From Thermovirgaceae bacterium (lineage in GTDB: Bacteria; Synergistota; Synergistia; Synergistales; Thermovirgaceae): DNA of 64,000 bases. The DNA lies in the NCBI GenBank assembly GCA_030656095.1, contig JAUSOU010000086.1:3488-67487 (forward strand). Direction: 5' to 3'. A model generated the notes under the pieces. It was not told the origin of the DNA and did no database searches. It saw nothing but the letters and a program-made list of their open reading frames with translations. The position numbers and the translations under genes were made by a program. Positions 28,773 to 38,375 of the stretch are shown in pieces (the stretch's first letter is position 1; every line of letters starts with the position of its first letter).

Positions 28773-29585
28773 ATGATACGAGTCAGGGACGTTATTCATG
28801 CAATTGACCGCTTTGCTCCTTTTGGATGGTCGTGCGAATGGGATAATGCGGGTTTACAGGCAGGATCACCGGAATGGGAAGTCAACAAAGTCGGCGTATC
28901 CCTCGACGCCACTGGCAGGGCTATTGAGGAGGCTGTCGATGAGGGGTGTTCGTGCCTGGTAGTCCATCATCCGCTTATATTCGAGCCATTGAGAAGCATC
29001 CGGACGCAGACGCCTCTCGGCGGCAAGCTTCTGAAAGCAATGGAAAACCGCCTGGCTGTTGTTGCCGCCCATACGAACTGGGATGTCAGCCCGCTTGGAG
29101 TGAACAGGATCCTTGGCGAAGAACTGGGACTCCTTGAAACATCGCCTCTCGAGGAGAGCAATGATGGGTCTTGGGGAATGGGTCTGTCGGGAGTCCTGCG
29201 GGATGCGATGACGGATGAAGAATTCAGGGAAAATCTGAGAGAGAGATGGGCTCTCACCTGGATCAGGGAATACAATATCCCGAAAACGTTTTTCCGTGTA
29301 GCCATCGCAGGCGGATCAGGCGGCGATCTGTGGCAGGCCGCGCTTTTCAAACGGGCCGAAGTATTTATCACGGCCGATATGAAGTATCATCAGATAATGG
29401 AGGCAGTTGAAAGCGGATTAGGAGTTGTCCTGGCTGACCACGGGGAAATGGAGCGAAAGTCGGTCCCCTCCCTTGCAAGGCTTCTTTCGGAAAATCTTCC
29501 TCTGGAAGTCATAAATGTCGATCTGCCCGGCTTTGATCCGGGCTATGTCACGATACCAATAGGACGACGAGGTGAAATTGGATGA
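28773..29585 (+). CDS. Nif3-like dinuclear metal center protein (YqfO/YbgI family)
   Basis: FAPFGWSCEWDNAGLQ..LVVHHPLIF..AAHTNWD..ITADMKYH. Confidence 0.85.
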   Translation: MIRVRDVIHAIDRFAPFGWSCEWDNAGLQAGSPEWEVNKVGVSLDATGRAIEEAVDEGCSCLVVHHPLIFEPLRSIRTQTPLGGKLLKAMENRLAVVAAHTNWDVSPLGVNRILGEELGLLETSPLEESNDGSWGMGLSGVLRDAMTDEEFRENLRERWALTWIREYNIPKTFFRVAIAGGSGGDLWQAALFKRAEVFITADMKYHQIMEAVESGLGVVLADHGEMERKSVPSLARLLSENLPLEVINVDLPGFDPGYVTIPIGRRGEIG

Positions 29586-30574
29586 GGAAAAGAGTATTCA
29601 GCGGTATGCGGCCAACGGGAAGACTGCACATTGGCCACCTTGCGGGCGCGCTTTCCAACTGGGTGCGGCTCCAGGACGATTACGAATGCTTTTACTGCAT
29701 AGTCGACTGGCACGCCATGATGTCCGAATACGCAGACACCAATTTAATCAGGTCCAACTGCCGTGAAGTGCTTCTTGACTGGCTTGGAGTAGGCCTGGAC
29801 CCCGACAGAAGCACCATTTTCCTTCAGTCGCATGTTCCCCAGCATGCGGAGCTTCATCTTGCCCTTTCCATGATCGCTCCCCTGGGATGGCTTGAAAGGA
29901 ATCCCACCTACAAGGAGCAGATCATCAACATTCAGAACAAGGATCTCAGCACATATGCCTTTTTGGGATATCCGGTTCTTCAGGCCGCGGATATTCTTCT
30001 TTACAAGGGAGACCTGGTTCCCGTCGGTGAAGACCAGTCTGCCCATCTCGAACTCTCCCGTGAGATCGCACGGCGCTTCAATTACTTCTACGGAGATATC
30101 TTCCCCGAGCCGCAGACACTGCTTACCGAGACCCCGAAAGTACCGGGAACCGACGGCCGGAAGATGAGCAAGTCCTACGGGAACGCGATCAACATTGCGG
30201 ATACTCCTGATGAGATCTGGGAAAAACTCAGGACAATGATGACCGACCCGGCCAGGGAACGCCGCAAGGACCCCGGCAACCCAGATAAGTGCCCGGTCTG
30301 GGATATCCACAAGGTTTTCAACCGTGACGCGGAAGAGAGGACCCGGCTGTCGGATGGATGCAGAGGCGCGGGGATAGGCTGCCTTGAGTGCAAAAAGGCC
30401 CTTTTCGCTCATTTGATGGATCTTTTGGGGCCGATCCAGGAGAGAAGAAGAGCCTTCGAATCCAGAGAAGACGGGGTTATGGAGGTTCTGCGGAAGGGAG
30501 CCAAAAGAGCCGGGATAACTGCCAAAGAAACCATGTCCCAGGTCATCGGCTCCGTAGGGTTTGTCGACCGCTGA
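29582..30574 (+). CDS. trpS: Tryptophan-tRNA ligase
   Basis: FSGMRPTGRLHIGHL (HIGH motif) and KMSKSYGN (KMSKS motif). The ATGA overlaps the nif3 stop. Confidence 0.95.
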   Translation: MRKRVFSGMRPTGRLHIGHLAGALSNWVRLQDDYECFYCIVDWHAMMSEYADTNLIRSNCREVLLDWLGVGLDPDRSTIFLQSHVPQHAELHLALSMIAPLGWLERNPTYKEQIINIQNKDLSTYAFLGYPVLQAADILLYKGDLVPVGEDQSAHLELSREIARRFNYFYGDIFPEPQTLLTETPKVPGTDGRKMSKSYGNAINIADTPDEIWEKLRTMMTDPARERRKDPGNPDKCPVWDIHKVFNRDAEERTRLSDGCRGAGIGCLECKKALFAHLMDLLGPIQERRRAFESREDGVMEVLRKGAKRAGITAKETMSQVIGSVGFVDR

Positions 30575-30607
30575 TGCTTCTTTCTCCCTGGAAGAGGGGG
30601 AGAGACA

Positions 30608-31345
30608 ATGACTCTCGATGTTGAACTCGAAGGTTTTTCCGGACCGCTGGATCTTCTCTGTCACCTGGTTGAGACGGGGGAGATCCAGGCTTCGAATATC
30701 AGTGTCAGTGAATTGATCCGGGTATACTCTGATTTTCTCCTCAGGACCGAGCGAGCCGGCATCAACGAAATGGCGGAATTTTTCTCCCTTATGGCACGAC
30801 TGCTTCTGGGCAAGCTGAAGGCGCTTCTTCCTTCGCTGCCCGGGTTAGAGACTCCTCCCGGAGATGAAGAGCTGGATCCGGGCTTCCTGGAAGAGGCTCT
30901 AATCCGCTACAGACCCTACAGGATGGCTGCCGCTTATCTTGGTGACCTGATGAGATCCAGGGAGCGATCCTTTATAAGGGGCAACCCCGAGGAAGGGCCG
31001 CCCTGGTATGATCTGGGAGACCTTTACTCCCTCTCAATGGTCTGGTGGGAGATGGTTGGCCGCAAGAAAGACAGAACAGGCCATAAGGTCCAGCTGGTTG
31101 AGGAGGCCGGGTGGGACGGGATACCCGTCGCAACACCCGACGAAGAACAGGTCGAAAGCCGGATGGAGGAGCTGAGAGATCTGATTGCCGGAAGAGGGTC
31201 GATGCTGTTGAGCGAAATTATCGGTTTTTCCGGAACAAGGCAGCTTCTTGTCGTAACTTTTCTCGCTCTTCTTGAGATGACGAGGCTCGGTATCATCCAT
31301 ATTTCCCAGGAGGAGCTGTTCGGGGATGTCCGGATCCGGAGCTGA
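30608..31345 (+). CDS. scpA: Segregation and condensation protein A
   Basis: FSGPLDLLCHLV start, about 245 aa, followed by scpB. Confidence 0.88.
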   Translation: MTLDVELEGFSGPLDLLCHLVETGEIQASNISVSELIRVYSDFLLRTERAGINEMAEFFSLMARLLLGKLKALLPSLPGLETPPGDEELDPGFLEEALIRYRPYRMAAAYLGDLMRSRERSFIRGNPEEGPPWYDLGDLYSLSMVWWEMVGRKKDRTGHKVQLVEEAGWDGIPVATPDEEQVESRMEELRDLIAGRGSMLLSEIIGFSGTRQLLVVTFLALLEMTRLGIIHISQEELFGDVRIRS

Positions 31346-31916
31346 ACGGCCCCTTTCCCCGGTTGCAAGATCCGTTGAGGCTGTCCTTTTCGTCGCCGTC
31401 CAGCCGGTCGGAGTCAGGGAGCTGTCCTCCGTTACTGGTGTGGCCGAGGATCAGGTGGCGAGGGCTCTCGAGGAGATAAACCTCAGGTATCGCAACTGTC
31501 ACGGACTCTGCCTTCTGAATATTGCTGGAGGCTGGATGATGGCTACTTCCCCCGAGCAGGAGGAAGTGGTGGCGATGTTCCGCGACGTCGCCCTGACGCA
31601 GAAGATCCGCCTGAGCAAGGCGGCCCTTGAATCACTTGCTGTGGCGGCCTACGCCCAGCCTGTGACCCGGTCTGAGATAGAGGAGATAAGAGGAGTGCGG
31701 TGCGAGAGGGTCCTGGAGACCCTTCTCCGGCATGGGCTTATCAGGGTTGCAGGGCGCAGGAAAGGTTCCGGGACACCGCTTCTTTACAGGACTACCGATT
31801 CATTTCTCTCGATATTCGGCCTCGGTTCGATCTCCGATCTTCCGACCCTGGAGGAAATGCAGGAAATTCTCTCATCAGGCGATGAGTCAAGCGACGGTGG
31901 GGATGATGAGCGCTGA
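31326..31916 (+). CDS. scpB: Segregation and condensation protein B
   Basis: VEAVLFVA..LSKAALESLAVAAYAQPVTRSEIEEIRGV.. Confidence 0.88.
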   Translation: MSGSGAERPLSPVARSVEAVLFVAVQPVGVRELSSVTGVAEDQVARALEEINLRYRNCHGLCLLNIAGGWMMATSPEQEEVVAMFRDVALTQKIRLSKAALESLAVAAYAQPVTRSEIEEIRGVRCERVLETLLRHGLIRVAGRRKGSGTPLLYRTTDSFLSIFGLGSISDLPTLEEMQEILSSGDESSDGGDDER

Positions 31917-32649
31917 TCCGAATGGAACCCCGTTCCGACTGAACCGTTTCATAGCCATGTGCAAAGCGGAGTCCAGAAGAAATGCAGATTCCCTCATCAG
32001 ATCCGGCAGGGTTGAGATCAACGGATCCACGGTCAGGGATCTCTCGTTCCGGGTTGTTTCGGAGGATATAATCCGGGTGGACGGAGTCCATATTTCACCT
32101 ATAAAACAGGTCTACCTGATCATGAACAAGCCGAAGGGTCTGGTTTGCGCAGTTACGGACAGGTTTTCAAGAACTGTTATGGACATTCTGCCCCGGGAGA
32201 TCTCCGAAGCGGGTGTTTTTCCTGCGGGACGCCTGGACAAGGAGAGCGAGGGGCTTTTGGTGCTCACGAACGACGGCGAAATGGCCCAAAGGATAACCCA
32301 TCCCAGCAACCGGATACTCAAGACCTACGAGGTCCTCTCCGACAGGGCCGTCTCCAGGGCGGATCTGGAATCTTTGCTGCAAGGAACACTTTTTGGCCCC
32401 AGGATTGTGCGTCCATCGGAGGCTCGTATCCTTTCGCGGGATCCAGCGGGGCGATGGCTGTCGATAACGATCGCAGAAGGTCTTAAAAGAGAGGTAAGGC
32501 TGATGGCGGCATCACGCGGCTTCAATGTCCTTCGCCTTGTCAGGAGAAAGATCGGCGGCCTGGAGTTGAGGGATCTTCCATCCGGCGGGTTTTTGCTGAT
32601 CGAAGGGGACCGACTCCTTGCGATGATAGTTGATGGAGGATGCGTATGA
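31903..32649 (+). CDS. rluB: Pseudouridine synthase, RsuA/RluB family (S4 domain plus catalytic domain)
   Basis: RLNRFIA..SRRNADSLIRSGRVEING is the S4 domain, and AGRLDKESEGLLVLTNDG carries the catalytic Asp motif. Start is one of GTG 31897, ATG 31903 or ATG 31906. Confidence 0.85.
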   Translation: MMSADPNGTPFRLNRFIAMCKAESRRNADSLIRSGRVEINGSTVRDLSFRVVSEDIIRVDGVHISPIKQVYLIMNKPKGLVCAVTDRFSRTVMDILPREISEAGVFPAGRLDKESEGLLVLTNDGEMAQRITHPSNRILKTYEVLSDRAVSRADLESLLQGTLFGPRIVRPSEARILSRDPAGRWLSITIAEGLKREVRLMAASRGFNVLRLVRRKIGGLELRDLPSGGFLLIEGDRLLAMIVDGGCV

Positions 32650-33350
32650 CACTGAGTGGGAAACAGAGGGAAATGAACCAGGATAAATTGGTTTCAAGGA
32701 AGATAATTACGATCGACGGGCCGGCCGGGGCCGGCAAAAGCACCATAGCCAGACTGGTGGCAAAAAAAATCGGGTATGAGTATCTTGATACCGGTGCCGT
32801 ATACCGGACAATTTCATATCATCTTTCCAGGATACTGATCCCCCCCGTCGAGAGTGAAGATCTTGCTTCCGCTCTTGAAAACTGCATAATTACGCTGCGC
32901 GACGGAAGGGTATTGCTTGAAGGTGAGGATGTTTCAGGTTCTATCAGATCGCAGGAAGTGGACAGGATAGTATCGGCGTACTCGGCACTCCCTACGGTGC
33001 GCCGGTTCCTGATGAGGATCCAGAGAGAACAGGCCGGCAACGCCGACATAGTCGCGGATGGAAGGGATATGGGCAGTGTCGTGTTCCCGGAGGCTTCCGT
33101 CAAGATATATCTCGATGCGAGCCTTGCAGTAAGGGCAAAAAGGCGCTGGAAGGAACTGGCCGATAGAGGCATAGAGGCCACATACGAGGAGATAATGCGA
33201 GAGATTGAGGAGAGGGACCGAATGGACAGCGCAAGGGAGATCTCTCCCTTGCGTGTTCCCGAAGGGGCCCGCATAATCGAGACCTCCGACATGAACGTGG
33301 AATCGGTAGCTGAAGAGATCCTCGGAATAATAGAATCCCGGGCGGGCTGA
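32646..33350 (+). CDS. cmk: Cytidylate kinase
   Basis: ITIDGPAGAGKSTIA..DTGAVYR..ADGRDMG. Start is uncertain among ATG 32640, 32646 and 32673. Confidence 0.9.
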   Translation: MTLSGKQREMNQDKLVSRKIITIDGPAGAGKSTIARLVAKKIGYEYLDTGAVYRTISYHLSRILIPPVESEDLASALENCIITLRDGRVLLEGEDVSGSIRSQEVDRIVSAYSALPTVRRFLMRIQREQAGNADIVADGRDMGSVVFPEASVKIYLDASLAVRAKRRWKELADRGIEATYEEIMREIEERDRMDSAREISPLRVPEGARIIETSDMNVESVAEEILGIIESRAG

Positions 33351-33369
33351 ATGCAAATGAAGGGGAGGG

Positions 33370-34014
33370 GTGAAGTTGACGGTCATTTTTTACTGGTTAG
33401 TGGCAAATTTTTTCTGGGTAATGCTTAAGGTCTACAATCGCCTCTCGGTCAAGGGTCTCGACAAGCCTCTTGCCGTCCGCCCCCCTCTCATAATCGCCGC
33501 CAACCACTGCAGCAATCTCGACCCGATCGTTATCGGGGCGGCTTTTCCCGGAAGGCTCAGATACCTTGCCAAGTCCGAACTATTCAGTTTTGCCCCATTC
33601 GGATTCGCAATTAGGGCCCTTGGCGCCATTCCCGCCAAAAGGGACGACATGCAGGGCGCGGCAGGTGCCCTCAAGTTTCTCCTTGAAAGGATACAGAAGG
33701 GAGAGAGCGTGCTCCTTTTCCCCGAGGGGCGGAGATCTCCTGACGGGAAGATTCAGCCCCTGGAGGGGGGCGTTGGACTGCTGGCCGCCAGGACAGGCGC
33801 CCCGGTTGTTCCTGCCTTTATTCACGGGACCTTTGAGGCTCTTCCCCGCGGATCCGCAGGCTACAGGCCCGTCAAGATCGCTCTTGTCTTCGGCGACCCG
33901 ATACAGGTAGACCAGATGGGCGAAGGGCTATCGCCCAAAGAGCTCCGCCAGGCCGTCACGGACGAACTCGATAAGGCTCTCAGAAAGCTGGAGGGAGAAT
34001 TTCTTCTTGACTGA
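33370..34014 (+). CDS. plsC: 1-acyl-sn-glycerol-3-phosphate acyltransferase
   Basis: AANHCSNLDP (HX4D motif) and LLFPEGRRS. Confidence 0.85.
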   Translation: MKLTVIFYWLVANFFWVMLKVYNRLSVKGLDKPLAVRPPLIIAANHCSNLDPIVIGAAFPGRLRYLAKSELFSFAPFGFAIRALGAIPAKRDDMQGAAGALKFLLERIQKGESVLLFPEGRRSPDGKIQPLEGGVGLLAARTGAPVVPAFIHGTFEALPRGSAGYRPVKIALVFGDPIQVDQMGEGLSPKELRQAVTDELDKALRKLEGEFLLD

Positions 34015-35143
34015 TACCCGTACCTTTATTGGCGAAGTGGCCTATATAGCCGCACTCGAGGAGGGTGAAGCGGCTGATGTTGAATCCAGCCTTGAAGAGC
34101 TATCCCTTCTTCTTCTCAATCTTGGCATCAGGACCGTCGGCAGGTGCGTCCAGAAACGGGAGAGGCCTGATCCGGGATCTTATATCGGCTCGGGAAAAGC
34201 CGAAGAGGTGGCAGACGAGGCAAAAGAGCTTGGAGCCACGATAATTGTGATCGACGGAAGGATATCTCCGGGGCAGGCTGCGAACCTGGGCCGGATAACT
34301 GGACTTTCAGTCTGGGACCGTCCGCTCGTCATCATGAAGATCTTTGAAGAAAGGGCTCAGACTGGAGAGGCAAAGCTTCAGATCGAGCTCGCCCGCTGCA
34401 AATACGAGGTCCCGTTTTTGAAGGGACTTGGCCTTCAGATGTCCCGGCCGGGAGCCGGACTTGGTACCCGCGGACCGGGAGAGACCGAATTCGAGAGACA
34501 CAGAAGAAAACTGGAGAGAAGGATCAGAGGGATCAAAAAAGAGATAGAGACGATCAGGGACAGAAGGACAGGGCAGAGAAAACAGAGGGTCAAGGCGGGT
34601 CTGACGACGATCGCCCTGGCAGGGTACACGAACAGTGGGAAATCGACGCTCCTCCGGCGTCTTTCGGGAGACAAAAACCTGATCGTAGCGGACAAGCTCT
34701 TCTCTACTCTTGATCCATTTGTCAGGAGGGTCCGGCTTCCGGGCGGGAGTTTTACCCTGATGGTCGACACGGTCGGCTTCATAAGGAATCTCCCTCCCGG
34801 TCTTGTAACGGCATTCAGGGCAACTCTCGAGGAGGTAGCGGCTTCAGATCTGATACTTCTTGTAGCAGACGCATCCTCGCGCAGATTTATGGAGGACATA
34901 TCGGTCGTGGAGGACACCCTCTCCTCTATAGGCGCTGAGAAAATACCCAAGTTCATCGTGATGAACAAGATCGACAGTCTGGATGCCGGAGAGACGGAAG
35001 CAAGAGTTGCGGCGGCCGGCAGGTCGGAAGACCCGGTGATCCCCGTCAGTGCCGCCAGAGGGGATAATATGCAGTTGCTGCTTGACGCTATCGATCGGTT
35101 TTTCGAATTGCGGCCCGGAAAGGAGAGAGATCGATCTTGTTAA
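34007..35143 (+). CDS. hflX: GTPase HflX
   Basis: GPGETEFERHRR..LAGYTNSGKSTLL..DTVGFI..NKID. Confidence 0.9.
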   Translation: MTDTRTFIGEVAYIAALEEGEAADVESSLEELSLLLLNLGIRTVGRCVQKRERPDPGSYIGSGKAEEVADEAKELGATIIVIDGRISPGQAANLGRITGLSVWDRPLVIMKIFEERAQTGEAKLQIELARCKYEVPFLKGLGLQMSRPGAGLGTRGPGETEFERHRRKLERRIRGIKKEIETIRDRRTGQRKQRVKAGLTTIALAGYTNSGKSTLLRRLSGDKNLIVADKLFSTLDPFVRRVRLPGGSFTLMVDTVGFIRNLPPGLVTAFRATLEEVAASDLILLVADASSRRFMEDISVVEDTLSSIGAEKIPKFIVMNKIDSLDAGETEARVAAAGRSEDPVIPVSAARGDNMQLLLDAIDRFFELRPGKERDRSC

Positions 35144-36024
35144 AAAGCATGACGGGGTTCAGCAGGAACAGGATAGATACCAGGTTCGGGGCGATCTCCC
35201 TCGAGATATCGAGCGTGAATCACAGGAACCAGGAAATAACGGTGAAAACACCAAGGGAACTTTCACTCTTTGAACAGGTTGTTCAGCAGGGGATAAGAAC
35301 TGCTTCCAGGAGAGGAAAGGTCCAGGCCCGTCTGGAGATATGCTGGGATCCGACTTTACGGGCAGCACGGATCGACCCCGAGGTGCTGAAGGGTTATGTC
35401 GGCGGAATTTCAAGGATAAGCAAGGATCTTGGTTTTCAGGGGGACGTGGCGATCGAGCAGCTGTTGTCTCTTCCCGGAGTAATTGTTTCGCCCCAGGATA
35501 TCGACGGGGATCTTGAAAACGACCTGGGCGAGGCCATAGCGGATCTTCTTGGGGCCGGAATTTCCCAATGGGATTTAATGAGATCGCTGGAGGGGAGCCA
35601 TCTTCAACAGGAAATTACCGATCATCTTGAGCGTTTCCATATCCTTGTCCTTGACATAGGGGCAAGGTGGGCGGTTGCCAAAGATATCGCGGCCGGATCG
35701 CTAAAGGAGAGAATAAGGCTGCTCCTTGACAGCGGCGGTTTCGAATGCGATGAGGGTCGGATCGCGCAGGAGATAATCATCCTGAACGACAAGTGGGATA
35801 TTGCCGAAGAGATGGCGAGACTGGCCAGTCACGTGGATAAATTCCGCGGCATCGTTCATAATGATGTAGTTTCGGGGAAAACCCTGGATTTTCTGGTTCA
35901 GGAGATGAACCGGGAGATCAACACGATAGCTTCCAAGGTCCAGGATGCCGATATAAGGTGGGTATCGGTGGAGGCAAAAAGTGCGTTGGAATCAATCCGG
36001 GAGCAGATCCAGAACGTGGAGTGA
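35137..36024 (+). CDS. yicC: YicC-family stress-induced protein
   Basis: [10 protein letters not shown] start and the C-terminal [12 protein letters not shown] motif. Confidence 0.88.
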   Translation: MLKSMTGFSRNRIDTRFGAISLEISSVNHRNQEITVKTPRELSLFEQVVQQGIRTASRRGKVQARLEICWDPTLRAARIDPEVLKGYVGGISRISKDLGFQGDVAIEQLLSLPGVIVSPQDIDGDLENDLGEAIADLLGAGISQWDLMRSLEGSHLQQEITDHLERFHILVLDIGARWAVAKDIAAGSLKERIRLLLDSGGFECDEGRIAQEIIILNDKWDIAEEMARLASHVDKFRGIVHNDVVSGKTLDFLVQEMNREINTIASKVQDADIRWVSVEAKSALESIREQIQNVE

Positions 36025-36028
36025 TAAA

Positions 36029-36295
36029 ATGGGATACAATTTGTTGCATATCGGTTTCGGGAACATGGTCGTCAGCGAAAGGATTATTGCCATTATCCAT
36101 CCAGCGTCCGCGCCCATCAAACGACTCAAGGATGAGGCCAGGACACAGGGCAGGCTAATTGATGCTACGGAGGGGCGCAAGACGAGAGCAATTCTGGTAA
36201 TGGACAGCAACCACGTCGTGCTCTCGGCAATTCAACCCGAGACGATAGGCATCCGGTTTGAGGGAAAAGACAGGGAGAGTGAACCGGATCGTTAG
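36029..36295 (+). CDS. remA: DUF370 / RemA family regulator
   Basis: [51 protein letters not shown]. Confidence 0.88.
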   Translation: MGYNLLHIGFGNMVVSERIIAIIHPASAPIKRLKDEARTQGRLIDATEGRKTRAILVMDSNHVVLSAIQPETIGIRFEGKDRESEPDR

Positions 36296-36863
36296 GGGGC
36301 ATCTCTTCGTGATCTCGGGTCCGAGCGGTGTCGGCAAGGGCACCCTCAGGAAGGCGCTGTTCGGGATGATCACAGATCTCGAATATTCCATTTCTTGTAC
36401 TACCCGGCCTTCCCGAAAGGGAGAGCGGGAGGGTTATGATTATCGCTTTGTCGAGCCGGATCTCTTTCGTGAACTGAAGCGGGAGGGAAAGTTCCTGGAG
36501 TGGGCAGAGGTTCACGGAAATCTTTACGGAACACTAAAGAAAGATGTCGAGACCTCCCTTGCACTCGGAAAGGATATAGTCCTCGAGATAGACGTCCAGG
36601 GAGCGCTCCAAGTCAAGGATATCATGCCGGAGGCGGTACTGATATTCATACTGCCGCCCTCGCTTGGGGATCTGAAAGATCGGCTCAATAGAAGGGGTAC
36701 TGAAAAAGGGGAGGATATGAGGATCAGGCTTGATGATGCCAGGCATGAGATAGAACTCTCGGCCAGGTACGATCACTCGGTTGTGAATGACGACCTCAAA
36801 ACTGCACTTGAATCTCTCAAAAGGATCATCGGGAGTTACAGGCAGCTTGAGGAGAACCAATAA
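36258..36863 (+). CDS. gmk: Guanylate kinase
   Basis: [32 protein letters not shown]. Start is uncertain: TTG at 36258 or GTG at 36279. Confidence 0.92.
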   Translation: MREKTGRVNRIVRGHLFVISGPSGVGKGTLRKALFGMITDLEYSISCTTRPSRKGEREGYDYRFVEPDLFRELKREGKFLEWAEVHGNLYGTLKKDVETSLALGKDIVLEIDVQGALQVKDIMPEAVLIFILPPSLGDLKDRLNRRGTEKGEDMRIRLDDARHEIELSARYDHSVVNDDLKTALESLKRIIGSYRQLEENQ

Positions 36864-36889
36864 ATCGATTTATTACGAGGTGTTAACTG

Positions 36890-37156
36890 ATGACGGAGCA
36901 TAATGACAAGCCTGTAAGTACATCCGCTATTCCGAACAAGTACCTTATGGCCTGCATGATCGCGAAGAGGGCTCGCCAGCTGAGCGAAATGAAGGGGCGA
37001 GTGACGATCGAGGAGGGCGAAAGCAACCCCATAGATTGCGCCATGAAGGAGATCGAGGAGGGGAAGATCGTGCTTTCGATCCGCGCCAAAACCCCTTCCT
37101 CTGAACCGGGGGGAGACGTGGTTTCAAATGACGCTGGAATGGAAAACCAGCCGTAG
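36890..37156 (+). CDS. rpoZ: DNA-directed RNA polymerase subunit omega
   Basis: NKYLMACMIAKRARQL plus the gmk-rpoZ-coaBC context. Confidence 0.85.
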   Translation: MTEHNDKPVSTSAIPNKYLMACMIAKRARQLSEMKGRVTIEEGESNPIDCAMKEIEEGKIVLSIRAKTPSSEPGGDVVSNDAGMENQP

Positions 37157-38375
37157 GATCCTTCTCGGAGTTTGCGGCGGAATATCGGCCTACAAGGCGC
37201 CCGAGATAGTAAGGGAGTTCAGAAAACAGGGCTGGGATGTCGAGGTAGTGCTTTCCCTTGCAGCGGAGAGATTCGTTTCTCCGCTCGTCATTTCGACACT
37301 TACGGGCAGAAAAGTCTGGCGTGAAGAGGACTTTCTCTCGGCTGAATACGGATGGAAGATACCTCACATCAGTCTTGCAGAATGGGCTGATGTGACTGTT
37401 GTGGCCCCTGCTACCGCCTCCTTCCTTCAAAAAGCGGCGCACGGAGACGCATCCTCCACCCTTTCGGCTTCCCTTCTGGTTACCCGTTCCCCGGTGCTGT
37501 TGTTCCCGGCAATGAATGTCTTCATGTGGGAACACGGGGCCGTTCGCGACAATGTTGATCGCTGCTCCGACCTGGGATACCGGATAGTTGAACCTGAAGA
37601 GGGGGCACTGGCCTGCGGTTACGAAGGAAAGGGCAGGCTCCCGTCGATCGAAGTAATAAGGGAGGAGACCTTCAGGGCCGTCGCGGCCGTCAGGGACATG
37701 ACGGGCCTGCGGGTTCTCGTCACATCCGGGCCCACGCGTGAGGCCATCGACCCGGTGAGATTCATCAGCAACCCCAGTTCCGGGAAGATGGGTTCGGCTC
37801 TCGCCAGGACCGCCTGGTACAGAGGGGCGGAAGTTACGGTTATCTCAGGTCCCGCAACGGAGCCTGTTCCATACGGTGTTCGCATGATCCCTGTTGTGTC
37901 TGCCGGAGAGATGTTCGATGCGGTAATGCAGGAGGCGCCATCCCACGACATTATCGTCAAGGCTGCGGCTGTAGGCGATTTTACGCCCATCCGAGCAATG
38001 GACAAAAAGATAAAACGTGAGGAAGGGAAAAACCTGGTTCTTGAAATGGTCCCGAACCAGGATATTGCAGCCGCTCTGGGGGCTTCAAAAAAGCCTGGAC
38101 AGTTCCTGGTTGGATTTGCCGCGGAAACGGACGACGCGATCGCGAATGCAACCAGAAAGCTTGTCCGCAAGGGTCTTGATCTAATAGTGCTCAACGATGT
38201 CCAGTCGAAGAGTTCAGCCTTTGGCTCCGAGAATAATTCGGTAAGCATCATCGGCAAAGAAGGGATCAAGGCCGAGTTCTCGGGTTCCAAGGAAGAAGTT
38301 GCGGATGTTATCTGGGAGATCGTCTCGCTGAGCCGGGGAGCCGCCGGCGGCCAACCGTGTTCATCGAGGTCATAG
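37128..38375 (+). CDS. coaBC: Bifunctional phosphopantothenoylcysteine decarboxylase / synthetase
   Basis: ILLGVCGGISAYKAPE..PAMNVFMW..ISNPSSGKMG..AAAVGDF. Confidence 0.92.
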   Translation: MTLEWKTSRRILLGVCGGISAYKAPEIVREFRKQGWDVEVVLSLAAERFVSPLVISTLTGRKVWREEDFLSAEYGWKIPHISLAEWADVTVVAPATASFLQKAAHGDASSTLSASLLVTRSPVLLFPAMNVFMWEHGAVRDNVDRCSDLGYRIVEPEEGALACGYEGKGRLPSIEVIREETFRAVAAVRDMTGLRVLVTSGPTREAIDPVRFISNPSSGKMGSALARTAWYRGAEVTVISGPATEPVPYGVRMIPVVSAGEMFDAVMQEAPSHDIIVKAAAVGDFTPIRAMDKKIKREEGKNLVLEMVPNQDIAAALGASKKPGQFLVGFAAETDDAIANATRKLVRKGLDLIVLNDVQSKSSAFGSENNSVSIIGKEGIKAEFSGSKEEVADVIWEIVSLSRGAAGGQPCSSRS